DNA of 53,229 nt. Origin: Salinivirgaceae bacterium. Its GTDB lineage: Bacteria; Bacteroidota; Bacteroidia; Bacteroidales; SZUA-534. Below are positions 17,819 through 27,026 of this stretch, piece after piece. The notes beneath the pieces were generated by a model. The model was not told the DNA's origin. It was given only the letters and a program-made list of their open reading frames with translations, and made no database searches. The stretch is from the NCBI GenBank assembly GCA_017650325.1, contig JAGCFC010000170.1, positions 1 through 53,229 on the forward strand, in the 5' to 3' direction. Every line of letters starts with the position of its first letter. Positions within the stretch are counted from its first letter, which is position 1. The translations under genes and the position numbers were made by a program.

Positions 17819-20179
17819 ATGAAAGCAATCAGACTTTTGTGCATAGCCGCTGTTTTTGCGGGCTGCACAACCACCAACCTAGAGGAGCAGCAGCTTGACG
17901 CTCTCTACAACCGAATGTCGCAGCAGGAGCGCATTGCGCAGCTGAAAAGTATGTATATGGACACACTTTTCAACGAGCAGGGCCAACTCGACACGGCTCG
18001 CTGTCGCCTGATGATACCTTACGGAATCGGTCATTTCTCGCAGTACGCCAGCCAGAAACCAACGGACCCCAACGTGTTGCGTGACCGTGTGGCCGCTGTT
18101 CAGCAATGGCTGATGACGAGCACGCCAAACGGCATTCCAGCGCTTTACCACGAGGAGGTGCTGACGGGTGTCAACACGCGCGGTGCGACCATTTATCCAC
18201 AGCAGATTGGACAGGCTTGCTCGTTCAACACCGAACTGGCCGAACTCAAAACTCTGCAGACGGGCATTGCAATGCGCAAAATGGGCGGTGTGCTGTCGCT
18301 TTCGCCGATGGTTGATGTGTGCCGCACGCCTTCGTTCAACCGGCTTGAGGAGTCGTATGGCGAGGACGGCTACCTGTCGGCGGCAATGGGTGTTGCCTTT
18401 GTGCGCGGACTGCAGCAGGGCGACCTGAAGAAAGGTGTTGGCACTTGCTCGAAGCACTATCTTGGCTACGGCGGCGGTGGCGATGCCGATGAGAAGGAAC
18501 TGATGGAAGAGATTCTTTTGCCTCACGAGGCGATGATTCGCCTTGCCGGAAGCCGTGTTGTGATGCCCGGCTACCACGCCGTTCACGGCACCAACTGTGT
18601 GGAAAACAGTGAGATACTTATCGACATTCTGCGCGATTATATTGGATTCGACGGTATGGTTGTGAGCGACTACACAGCTATCGACCAGATTCCTGACCGA
18701 CCCGATGCTATGCACAAGGCGGCAGCGGCTATCAACGGTGGCTGCGATGTCGATTTCCCGCACGGCGCCAACTATCAATATTTGCAACAGGCCATCGACA
18801 GCGGATTGGTGCAGCCCGAAGCGTTTGAACGCGCTGTGAAGGATGTTTTACGCCACAAACTGCGCGCAGGCTTGCTCGACCAAAATCCGTATCTCTACAC
18901 GACAGAAAACATTCAACTTGATACGCCGGAAGAACGACAACTGTCATATCAGATTGCTACACAGTCGGTTGTGTTGCTTGAGAATAACGGCATTCTTCCG
19001 CTTGGCACAAATACGGAATCAAAAATCAATAATCAAAAATCAGACTTGAAAATCCTACTGACCGGCCCTAACGCCAACTCAATGTGGGCAATGTGCGGCG
19101 ACTATTCGTTCCCGGCTATGACCTATTTCTGGAAGCGAATAATGACTGATTTGGACCATCCGCACGTGGTGCCGTTGCTTGAGGGAATGACCAACCGCAA
19201 GCCCGAAGGCGTCAGCATCAGCTATTCGCGCGGCTGCGACTGGACCGACACAATTGAGACCAAACTGTCGAACGGTGGCGACGAGCGCGCTTGGGATTAT
19301 AAGATTCTGCACCGCAAAGTGGAATCGGGCGAGAAGGCAGACAAGGCCGAAGCCTTGCGTATGGCCGCAAAGAGCGATGTGATAGTGGCCGCCGTGGGCG
19401 AGAATGTGATGCTCTGCGGAGAGAACCGCGACCGCCAAGGATTGCGTCTGCCTGGCCGTCAAGAAGAGTTTGTGAATGAGTTGATTGCAACGGGAAAACC
19501 AGTTGTGCTTGTCATCTTTGGCGGCCGAGCCCAAGTGGTTTCGGGATTGGCTGAGAAGTGTGCCGCCGTTATTCAGGCGTGGTATCCGGGCGAAGAAGGT
19601 GGCAACGCCGTGGCCGACATTCTCTACGGCCGAGTGTCGCCATCAGCAAAATTATCAGTTAGTTACCCCAATGCAGAGGTTTATGAGCCAATTTGCTACA
19701 ACCGTTCCGTCACACTCGACAGCCGCATTCAGTGGCCATTCGGTTACGGCTTGAGTTACAGCACTTTCGAATACGGCAATTTGCAAATCGCAAATGAGGC
19801 ATCGACCACCGACAATAGCATCGACATCTCGTTTGAGGTGAAGAACACCGGCTCAATGGCCGCCGACGAGATTGCGCAGATTTACCTTTCGCCAACGGCT
19901 GACAATCAGAACATTCGGCCAATTCAGCTGCAAGGATTCGCCCGCATATCGCTCAAACCTGGTGAAACAAAAACTGTACGAGTGAAACTCTACACCGAGC
20001 AGTTCGGCTACTACAGTAACAATGGTCAACGCCAATGGAACATCGCGCCCGGTGAGTTCTGCGTGAAGATTGGCGCCTCGTCGACTGATATTCGCCTGCA
20101 GCAGAACATTACGCTGAAAGGCAAAATGGTGGTTAAAGGGCTGAGGGATAATTATTTGTCGGAGGCGATGGTGGAATAG
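17819..20179 (+). CDS. GH3 beta-glucosidase/beta-xylosidase, lipoprotein, with Fn3-like C-terminus
   Basis: Lipobox FAGC, HEE, RLEESYGED, KHY, VVSDY nucleophile, GENRDR, WYPGEEGG, PFGYGLSYSTF. Confidence 0.95.
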   Translation: MKAIRLLCIAAVFAGCTTTNLEEQQLDALYNRMSQQERIAQLKSMYMDTLFNEQGQLDTARCRLMIPYGIGHFSQYASQKPTDPNVLRDRVAAVQQWLMTSTPNGIPALYHEEVLTGVNTRGATIYPQQIGQACSFNTELAELKTLQTGIAMRKMGGVLSLSPMVDVCRTPSFNRLEESYGEDGYLSAAMGVAFVRGLQQGDLKKGVGTCSKHYLGYGGGGDADEKELMEEILLPHEAMIRLAGSRVVMPGYHAVHGTNCVENSEILIDILRDYIGFDGMVVSDYTAIDQIPDRPDAMHKAAAAINGGCDVDFPHGANYQYLQQAIDSGLVQPEAFERAVKDVLRHKLRAGLLDQNPYLYTTENIQLDTPEERQLSYQIATQSVVLLENNGILPLGTNTESKINNQKSDLKILLTGPNANSMWAMCGDYSFPAMTYFWKRIMTDLDHPHVVPLLEGMTNRKPEGVSISYSRGCDWTDTIETKLSNGGDERAWDYKILHRKVESGEKADKAEALRMAAKSDVIVAAVGENVMLCGENRDRQGLRLPGRQEEFVNELIATGKPVVLVIFGGRAQVVSGLAEKCAAVIQAWYPGEEGGNAVADILYGRVSPSAKLSVSYPNAEVYEPICYNRSVTLDSRIQWPFGYGLSYSTFEYGNLQIANEASTTDNSIDISFEVKNTGSMAADEIAQIYLSPTADNQNIRPIQLQGFARISLKPGETKTVRVKLYTEQFGYYSNNGQRQWNIAPGEFCVKIGASSTDIRLQQNITLKGKMVVKGLRDNYLSEAMVE

Positions 20180-20197
20180 CATTTCGATTTTAGTCGT

Positions 20198-20228
20198 AAG
20201 GGTTGTTGGAAACGACAACCCTTTTTTT
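20198..20228 (+). terminator. Intrinsic terminator after the GH3 gene
   Basis: AAGGGTTGTTG-GAAA-CGACAACCC followed by T7. Confidence 0.8.
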
Positions 20229-20274
20229 GACTTTTTCTTGCTTCCGTCGTATTATAGTCGTGAACAATTAAAAG

Positions 20275-20826
20275 ATGACTTCGTTAGAAACCGACATATT
20301 CGTTCGATGCCAAAATGGAGACAAAACAGCCTTCCGCAGTGTGGTTCAAACATATCAGCGATTGGTTTTCTCTTTGGCTTTCAAAATGCTTGCCGATGAA
20401 GACGAAGCCAAAGATGTGGTACAGGAGACTTTCATTCGTGTGTGGCAGGGAATAGGCGGATACGATGTGCGAAGGCCGTTTACAACATGGCTCTACACAA
20501 TTGCTTCACGCCTTTGTCTCGACCGTTTCAAACGCATCAATCGCATTGTGCCCATGCCCGACGACGAGGCTGTGCTTCGGCGGTTTGCATCGGAAACCGA
20601 CACCCAAAGGTCGCTCGAAAACAGCGAGTTGGTGGCAATTGTTAGGACAATGACCGACCAATTGAGCGCCAAGCAGAAGTTGGTGTTCACTCTCTGCCAG
20701 TTGGAAGGTTTATCGTCGGACGAGGTTGAGCGGATAACAGGTCTGAATGCAAGTCAGGTTAAGAGCAATCTTTATGTGGCGCGTCAAACAATTCGTGAAA
20801 AATTAAAACAATTAGGCTATGAATAA
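20275..20826 (+). CDS. ECF sigma-70 factor
   Basis: AKDVVQETFIRVW, FTTWLYTIA, region 4 EGLSSDEVERITG..VKSNLYVAR. Confidence 0.93.
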   Translation: MTSLETDIFVRCQNGDKTAFRSVVQTYQRLVFSLAFKMLADEDEAKDVVQETFIRVWQGIGGYDVRRPFTTWLYTIASRLCLDRFKRINRIVPMPDDEAVLRRFASETDTQRSLENSELVAIVRTMTDQLSAKQKLVFTLCQLEGLSSDEVERITGLNASQVKSNLYVARQTIREKLKQLGYE

Positions 20827-21187
20827 AACAGAAATCTTACTTGAGAGGTTGCGTTGCCAGCAGCCCGAAATCAGCAATCCCGATGAATTGACGGAGCGCA
20901 TTATGGAAAGTTTGCCTGATGTTGAACGAAATAACCGTTTGTCAATCAATATTCTGCGTGCGGTGAGAATTGTTTCATCGGTTGCGGCCGCATGGTTCAT
21001 TGGGCTTTTCATCTGCGTCAGCAACCCTTCGACACCACAGCGCCAGACAAATGTCGAAATTCACCATAAGTATGGACTCTCGCGCGGTGAAATGTTGAGA
21101 AAAACATATGCGGGATTGAAACAAAAAAGTCAAACTAAACAACTGAGTTATATACAATTAAAGAAAATGTATTATGAAAACCATTAA
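20819..21187 (+). CDS. Probable anti-sigma factor (single TM)
   Basis: Overlaps the sigma stop codon; P.ELTERIM..LP followed by a TM segment. Confidence 0.6.
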   Translation: MNKTEILLERLRCQQPEISNPDELTERIMESLPDVERNNRLSINILRAVRIVSSVAAAWFIGLFICVSNPSTPQRQTNVEIHHKYGLSRGEMLRKTYAGLKQKSQTKQLSYIQLKKMYYENH

Positions 21188-22235
21188 ACTAATTTCAATG
21201 TTCGCACTTGCCGGCGCAACGTTGGTGTCGTGCGAGGACTATGGCGAGGCAAAAATGTTCACTATCGTTAACAAAGACGGCACCTGCACTCGCGAAATCA
21301 ATTTTAAAAACAATGCGCCAAAAAGCATTGCCTTGAGCGACGCCTGGACTTCCGTCCCCGATGTAAACGACACATCGCGTGTAACATACAGCCGCACTTT
21401 CGCCAACGTCGAGCAAATGAGCCAGGATATGCCACTTTTGCTCAACGGCAAACCGCTTCAATCGAAGGCGACATTCGAGAAAAGGTTTCGCTGGTTTTAC
21501 ACCGAGTATACTTTCTCTGAAGAATTTGCATCGATTGGCGACGATTTTCAACTGCCTCCAACCGATTTTGCCACTGCCAAGGAAGTCGAATATTGGTTTA
21601 CAGGTCAACCAAACATTACCAATGGAATGAACGGAGTCGAGGCTACGGAACGGCTTACCGACATTGGCGAAAAAATGGATAATTGGCTGTCTGCCAACCT
21701 TTTTTACGGCGGTTTTGATTACATCTGTGACAATTACGACAAGGTTAAAAATCCGCCAGTCAGCCGAGAAGAGTTTGCGACGCTTCGTGATTCGCTCATG
21801 CGATTCCGTGACTCACTCATTACCTTTGCTCGCCCCGAAGATTCTATTGCCAATTTAGCCCGTCCTGCAACGTCTGAGCAGTGCTACTATGCGATTGTCT
21901 TTGAGAAGTTTTTTGGCAGCAAAGCCTTCGACAACTTCTTTAATGAGAAAGATAAAACAGGCTGTTATTCAGGGCTCAATGAGAAGGTGGAACCTCTAAT
22001 GCATTTTTCATCGTTATCAGTGCCTTACACACTGTCGCTGCCGGGCGATGTAATCGATTGTGGTACCGGAATCAGTCAGAACGGCACTATTGTTTTCCCG
22101 CTTACAGGTGAGCGCTTAATTCCTCAGGAATACACTATTACAGCCACCTCGCGCCAGACAAACTATTGGGCTTATATTATCACAGTGCTTATTGTTATAA
22201 TTGCGGTTGGCAGTATTTTGTGGAAACGGAAGTAG
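21174..22235 (+). CDS. Hypothetical lipoprotein with C-terminal TM anchor
   Basis: Lipobox LVSC; C-terminal WAYIITVLIVIIAVGSILWKRK. Confidence 0.7.
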   Translation: MKTIKLISMFALAGATLVSCEDYGEAKMFTIVNKDGTCTREINFKNNAPKSIALSDAWTSVPDVNDTSRVTYSRTFANVEQMSQDMPLLLNGKPLQSKATFEKRFRWFYTEYTFSEEFASIGDDFQLPPTDFATAKEVEYWFTGQPNITNGMNGVEATERLTDIGEKMDNWLSANLFYGGFDYICDNYDKVKNPPVSREEFATLRDSLMRFRDSLITFARPEDSIANLARPATSEQCYYAIVFEKFFGSKAFDNFFNEKDKTGCYSGLNEKVEPLMHFSSLSVPYTLSLPGDVIDCGTGISQNGTIVFPLTGERLIPQEYTITATSRQTNYWAYIITVLIVIIAVGSILWKRK

Positions 22236-22272
22236 CATTACCTTTGCGGCAATAAAGATTATCTGTTTTGAT

Positions 22273-22539
22273 ATGAAATACCGTTACCAAACAGTTGGCA
22301 CATGCAGCCAACAAATTGATTTCGAGATTGATGATAATAACATTCTGCATAATGTGCAGTTCTATGGTGGCTGCAATGGTAACCTTAAAGGCATTGCGAG
22401 GTTGGTCGATGGACAGCCGGTTTCCGATGTTGTGAGTAAACTCGAAGGAGTTCAGTGCGGAATGAAAAGCACCTCATGTCCTGACCAATTGGCTACAGCG
22501 CTTAAAAAGGTGATGGCCAAACGTAACGCAAACGGCTGA
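22273..22539 (+). CDS. TIGR03905-family TSCPD-domain protein
   Basis: GTCS..GGCNGNL..CG.KSTSCPDQL; TACCTTTG -7 element at 22239-22246; ATG at 22273. Confidence 0.88.
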   Translation: MKYRYQTVGTCSQQIDFEIDDNNILHNVQFYGGCNGNLKGIARLVDGQPVSDVVSKLEGVQCGMKSTSCPDQLATALKKVMAKRNANG

Positions 22540-22550
22540 TTGTAGGCTAT

Positions 22551-23462
22551 ATGGATACACAGTTGAGCAAAAAAAGCATTCTGCTGTTCAATCTGCTAGC
22601 CTTTGCCATTGTTTGTGTTTGGGGCACGACATTCGTGTCGAGCAAGGTGCTTATTACCAATGGCTTGCGACCAATCGATGCTTTTTTCTATCGGTTTCTG
22701 ATAGCCTATGTCTGCATTTGGACCATTGCGCCGCGTAAGTTGTTTTGCAACAGCCTGAAAGATGAACTCTTAGCCGTTGCCCTTGGCATTACTGGTGGCT
22801 CGGCTTATTTTCTGGCTGAAAATACTGCGTTACAGATTTCTACCGTCACCAATGTGTCTTTAATTGTCTGTACCACGCCAATTTTAACGGCTTTGCTGCT
22901 GAGTATTGGCAATCGCGACGAGCGAATGAATCGCCGCCAGATAATAGGTTCTTTGGTGGCGTTTGTTGGGATGGTTCTTGTGGTACTGAATGGCAAATTT
23001 GCGCTGAAACTATCGCCGGTGGGCGACTTGCTTGCATTTGTGGCCGCTTGGTCATGGGCTTTTTATTCGCTAATTACCAAAATGTTGGCACCAAAATACA
23101 GCAACTTGTTTATCATTCGTAAGGTGTTTTTCTATGGCTTGCTCACACTGCTGCCAGTTATTGCCTTCTCGGGTTTGACAACTTCTGCAGAAATCTTCCG
23201 TCAGCCCTCTGTGTGGCTCAATATCCTCTTTTTGGGAATTGTAGCCTCGTTGGTGTGCTATGTACTATGGAATCTTGTAATGAAGCGCATAGGCGTGGTC
23301 AAGGCATCTAACTACATATATTTCAATCCGGTAGTGGCCATTATTACGGCATCAATCGTTATCGATGAGCGCATAACGCCGTTTGCAGTATTGGGGTCGG
23401 CAATGATTCTTATTGGTATGTATCAAGTGGAAAAAGTCGGGAAATCGGCACAAAAACAATAG
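22551..23462 (+). CDS. EamA/DMT-family transporter
   Basis: About 10 TMs, VWGTTFVSSK, duplicated EamA architecture. Confidence 0.92.
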   Translation: MDTQLSKKSILLFNLLAFAIVCVWGTTFVSSKVLITNGLRPIDAFFYRFLIAYVCIWTIAPRKLFCNSLKDELLAVALGITGGSAYFLAENTALQISTVTNVSLIVCTTPILTALLLSIGNRDERMNRRQIIGSLVAFVGMVLVVLNGKFALKLSPVGDLLAFVAAWSWAFYSLITKMLAPKYSNLFIIRKVFFYGLLTLLPVIAFSGLTTSAEIFRQPSVWLNILFLGIVASLVCYVLWNLVMKRIGVVKASNYIYFNPVVAIITASIVIDERITPFAVLGSAMILIGMYQVEKVGKSAQKQ

Positions 23463-23569
23463 GGGGCCTTTTTTACGTAAAATACTTGTTATCTAATTTG
23501 TGAAAAAAAAATATGTAGCGTGGCGCGTTTTTTTTGTTGTCAATAAATATATTTGAAAAAAAACGATTT

Positions 23570-25786
23570 ATGGACACAGAGAATACCGTGTGTATGCTGA
23601 CGGGCGACGAGATGGTGGAGCATTTCGTTGAAAAAGAATTCCTTCCCGAAGGTCAGGACGAATACTATCTGCGGAACGCGCAGACAACAAAACCTATTGG
23701 CGGCTGGCGGCACCTTCGATCCGACGAGATTGAGCGCCTTGTTAAAAACAACAACAGCTGCGAGAATTGGGACAATTTCCTGGTTACTGATGAGTTTAAC
23801 CCAAAACAGATAAAAAACAACAAATTTTATGGTTTGGTGCGTATTGGCGAAGTTCGCGATGCAATGCTGCAATATCACGATTTACGTCTGCGCGTGGGCA
23901 TAACCAACAGTGTTATAACATCTTGCGATATTGGCAATAACGTTGCCATTCACGATGTGCACTACTTGTCGCATTATATAATTGGCGACAACTGCATTAT
24001 TTTCAATATTCAGGAGATGTGCTGCACAAACCACGCCAAATTCGGCAATGGTATTGTGAAAGATGGCGAGTCGGAGGATATTCGCATCTGTCTCGATTTG
24101 ATGAACGAGACGGGTTGCCGCAAGGTTTATCCGTTTGATGGAATGATTGCCGCCGATGCCTATTTGGGAGCTAAATTTATTGATGATAAGCCGTTGCAGG
24201 CTAAACTATCGTATCTCACGCAGAATAAGTTTGATTCGCATCGTGGTTACTACGGTACCATTGGAACTAATTGTGTGATAAAGAATTCTGCTATTATTAA
24301 AGATGTGAAGGTGGGCGATAGCTGCTACATTAAAGGTGCAAGCAAGCTTAAAAACGTAACCATCAACTCATCAATCGAGGAGCCGTCGCAGATAGGCGAG
24401 GGTGTAGTGCTGGTGAACGGAATAGTTGGCTATGGCTGCCACATTTTCTACTCATGCATAGCTGTCAGGTTTGTGCTTGGCAACAATTCGAATTTGAAAT
24501 ATGGTGCGCGCCTTATCCACTCGTTCCTTGGCGACAATTCAACCATCTCGTGCTGCGAGGTGCTTAACAACCTTATTTTCCCGGCTCACGAGCAACACCA
24601 CAACAACTCGTTCCTTGTTGCAGCTGTGCTTATGGGTCAGACCAATATTGCCGCCGGTGCCACAATGGGTTCGAACCACAACAGCCGAACCAACGACAAC
24701 GAGATTCAAGCCGGGCGAGGCTTTTGGCCGGGTTTGTGCTCAAGCGTTAAGCATTCGTGCAAGTTTGCGTCGTTTACGCTGTTGAGCAAAGCCGACTATC
24801 CAACGGAAATGTGCATTCCACTTCCTTTTGCGCTTGTTAATAACAATGTGAGTCATAATGAGTTGGAGGTGATGCCTGCATTCTGGTGGATGTACAATAT
24901 GTACGCTTTGGCCCGCAATGCATGGAAGTATCAGAAACGCGACCTTCGCAAGCGCAAATTCCAGCATATTGAGTTCGACGCATATGCGCCCGACAGTATG
25001 GAGGAGGTGATAACTGGGCGTAAGTTGCTTGAGATATGGACTGCAAAAGCATGGCTTCGCACTCAAAACAAAAACATTGACGGTCAGAGCGAGAAGGCTT
25101 TGCGCGAGGTGGGCAAGGAGTTGCTTCGTGGCGACCGCAAAGTGGTTGACAATCTGCAAGTTTTTGGCGAGAATATGGAGAAGGGCAAACGTCGCGTAAG
25201 AATTCTGAAAGTGTACGATGCCTATAACTCGTATGCCGATATGATTGTGTATTACGCAGTTAAGAACGTGATGAAATATCTGCTCGACAATCCTCAAGCC
25301 ACATTCGACAGCATTGCCGGACTGATGACAGGTCGTCGGCAGAAGGAATGGTCGAACCTTGGCGGACAACTTATGCAGACATCGGATTTGGACCAACTGC
25401 GTGCCGACATCCGTAACGGAAAGCTCGACTCGTGGGAAGCCATTCACAACCGTTACGATGAGATTTGGGAGCGCTACGACACCGATAAACTGCGCCATGC
25501 ATACCAATCACTCTGCTATCTGCTTGAGACAGAGACCATCACCAATGAGATGTGGAACGATGTGCTGAAACGTGCTGTAGGCATTCAGCAATACATTTGC
25601 GACCAGGTTTACCAGACACGAAAGAAGGACTACGACAATATTTACCGCAAACAAACTTATCGCAATAGTGAGGAGATGATTGCCGCCATTGGGCCGCTCG
25701 AGGATAACAGCTTTATCAAGCAAGTGCGCGGCGAGACAGATGAGTTCAACTCAAAAATCGATGAATTATATAAACGTTTAAAATAG
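23570..25786 (+). CDS. DUF4954-family protein (left-handed beta-helix region)
   Basis: WRHLRSDEIERLVKNNN, hexapeptide-like runs, HEQHHNNSFL, GSNHNSR, MPAFWWMYNMYALARN; ATG at 23570. Confidence 0.8.
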   Translation: MDTENTVCMLTGDEMVEHFVEKEFLPEGQDEYYLRNAQTTKPIGGWRHLRSDEIERLVKNNNSCENWDNFLVTDEFNPKQIKNNKFYGLVRIGEVRDAMLQYHDLRLRVGITNSVITSCDIGNNVAIHDVHYLSHYIIGDNCIIFNIQEMCCTNHAKFGNGIVKDGESEDIRICLDLMNETGCRKVYPFDGMIAADAYLGAKFIDDKPLQAKLSYLTQNKFDSHRGYYGTIGTNCVIKNSAIIKDVKVGDSCYIKGASKLKNVTINSSIEEPSQIGEGVVLVNGIVGYGCHIFYSCIAVRFVLGNNSNLKYGARLIHSFLGDNSTISCCEVLNNLIFPAHEQHHNNSFLVAAVLMGQTNIAAGATMGSNHNSRTNDNEIQAGRGFWPGLCSSVKHSCKFASFTLLSKADYPTEMCIPLPFALVNNNVSHNELEVMPAFWWMYNMYALARNAWKYQKRDLRKRKFQHIEFDAYAPDSMEEVITGRKLLEIWTAKAWLRTQNKNIDGQSEKALREVGKELLRGDRKVVDNLQVFGENMEKGKRRVRILKVYDAYNSYADMIVYYAVKNVMKYLLDNPQATFDSIAGLMTGRRQKEWSNLGGQLMQTSDLDQLRADIRNGKLDSWEAIHNRYDEIWERYDTDKLRHAYQSLCYLLETETITNEMWNDVLKRAVGIQQYICDQVYQTRKKDYDNIYRKQTYRNSEEMIAAIGPLEDNSFIKQVRGETDEFNSKIDELYKRLK

Positions 25787-25792
25787 AATCTT

Positions 25793-26809
25793 ATGAATCT
25801 AACTACAAAAAAATACGCAGATTATGCGTTGGTGCAGGAAATGATGGGCACCATTGAAACCGTGCGGAAATTCGACCCAACAGCGACTAAAAAACTTGCC
25901 GAAGAGGTGAAAAAATCGCAGCGGCTTTATCTTACAGGTGAGGGCTCGAGTCGCATTTTCCCGGCAAAAAACGCTATGCGAAAAGCTAAACGCTGGGGTA
26001 TGGATATTAACGTGCAGACCGATGGCTCGCGCCAGTCGTATGAGTACGACTTGTCGAAATATACAGTCTGCTGCGCATCGAACTCTGGTCGTACTAAAGA
26101 GGTGATTCTGCTGGCTAAAAAACTCACAGAATCAGGCAAGAAAGACGTTTTTGGTCTGACTGCTTGCGCCGATACCATGATTGCAAAAGCTTGCGCCAGC
26201 ACTCACATTCTGAATTGTGGTTGGGAGCAGGCTGTTGCCGCTACAAAGAGCGTTGTTGAACAGGCATTGTATTATGAATCAATACTTTGGAATATTCAAG
26301 GTGTTGACAAGTCGGCTGAGTTGAAAAATCTGCCCGAACTTTTGGAAAAGGCTTTGACTCTGTCGATTCCGTCGGATGTGATTAATTATGTGAAGCAAGC
26401 CGAAACCATTTACTTCTCGGGTTACAACGATGGTGTGGCTGAAGAGTTGACATTGAAAACCAATGAGATAACACGTCGTAAATCGGACTTCCTTGAAGGA
26501 ACATACGCTGTTCACGGCATCGAGGAGGTGATGAGCCCCAAAGATGTTGTGTTTGTGATTGACCCGATTGAGGCAGAGATCGAGAAATTCCAAGAGGTTT
26601 TGGAGAAAGGCGTTGGTTTGAAAATCATTGCCATTGCCGATCACGACACGCCGTTTGAGACAATCAAAGTTCCGGCAGCTGGTGATTTCAAACCATATGT
26701 CATGCTTTGCGCAGGATGGAACTTGCTGGTTGAGATTGGCCTTGCCACAGGCATCAACCTCGATAAGCCTGAGCGCGCCCGCAAGGTGGGTAATGAATTG
26801 ATTGTTTGA
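25793..26809 (+). CDS. Double-SIS sugar-phosphate isomerase (GlmS isomerase-like, no glutaminase domain)
   Basis: LTGEGSS, SNSGRTKE, EQAVAATKS, AEELTLKTNEI, HG, G.NLDKPERARKV. Confidence 0.85.
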   Translation: MNLTTKKYADYALVQEMMGTIETVRKFDPTATKKLAEEVKKSQRLYLTGEGSSRIFPAKNAMRKAKRWGMDINVQTDGSRQSYEYDLSKYTVCCASNSGRTKEVILLAKKLTESGKKDVFGLTACADTMIAKACASTHILNCGWEQAVAATKSVVEQALYYESILWNIQGVDKSAELKNLPELLEKALTLSIPSDVINYVKQAETIYFSGYNDGVAEELTLKTNEITRRKSDFLEGTYAVHGIEEVMSPKDVVFVIDPIEAEIEKFQEVLEKGVGLKIIAIADHDTPFETIKVPAAGDFKPYVMLCAGWNLLVEIGLATGINLDKPERARKVGNELIV

Positions 26810-26826
26810 TTAATACAATACACCAT

Positions 26827-26860
26827 AAAAAAGCCTGCAGCTTTGCTGCGGGCTTTTTTT
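26827..26860. terminator. Bidirectional intrinsic terminator
   Basis: AAAAAAGCCTGCAGC-TTT-GCTGCGGGCTTTTTTT. Confidence 0.85.
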
Positions 26861-26928
26861 GTTAGCAATAGTCATATAAATTCTTAATACCAAAGTGAGA
26901 ATTAGCCGTTGTTATGTCCATAAAACAC

Positions 26929-26976
26929 AGGAGGCCGCTTTTGCGGCCTCCTTAGCTACTGTTTTTGTACAGTAGC
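26929..26976 (-). terminator. Two tandem hairpins in the susD 3' UTR
   Basis: AGGAGGCCGC-TTTT-GCGGCCTCCT and GCTACTGT-N6-ACAGTAGC. Confidence 0.55.
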
Positions 26977-27026
26977 CGCTAACAACTCTAATCGGGAAAA
27001 ACTTTTATAAATGATGAATTTATTTT

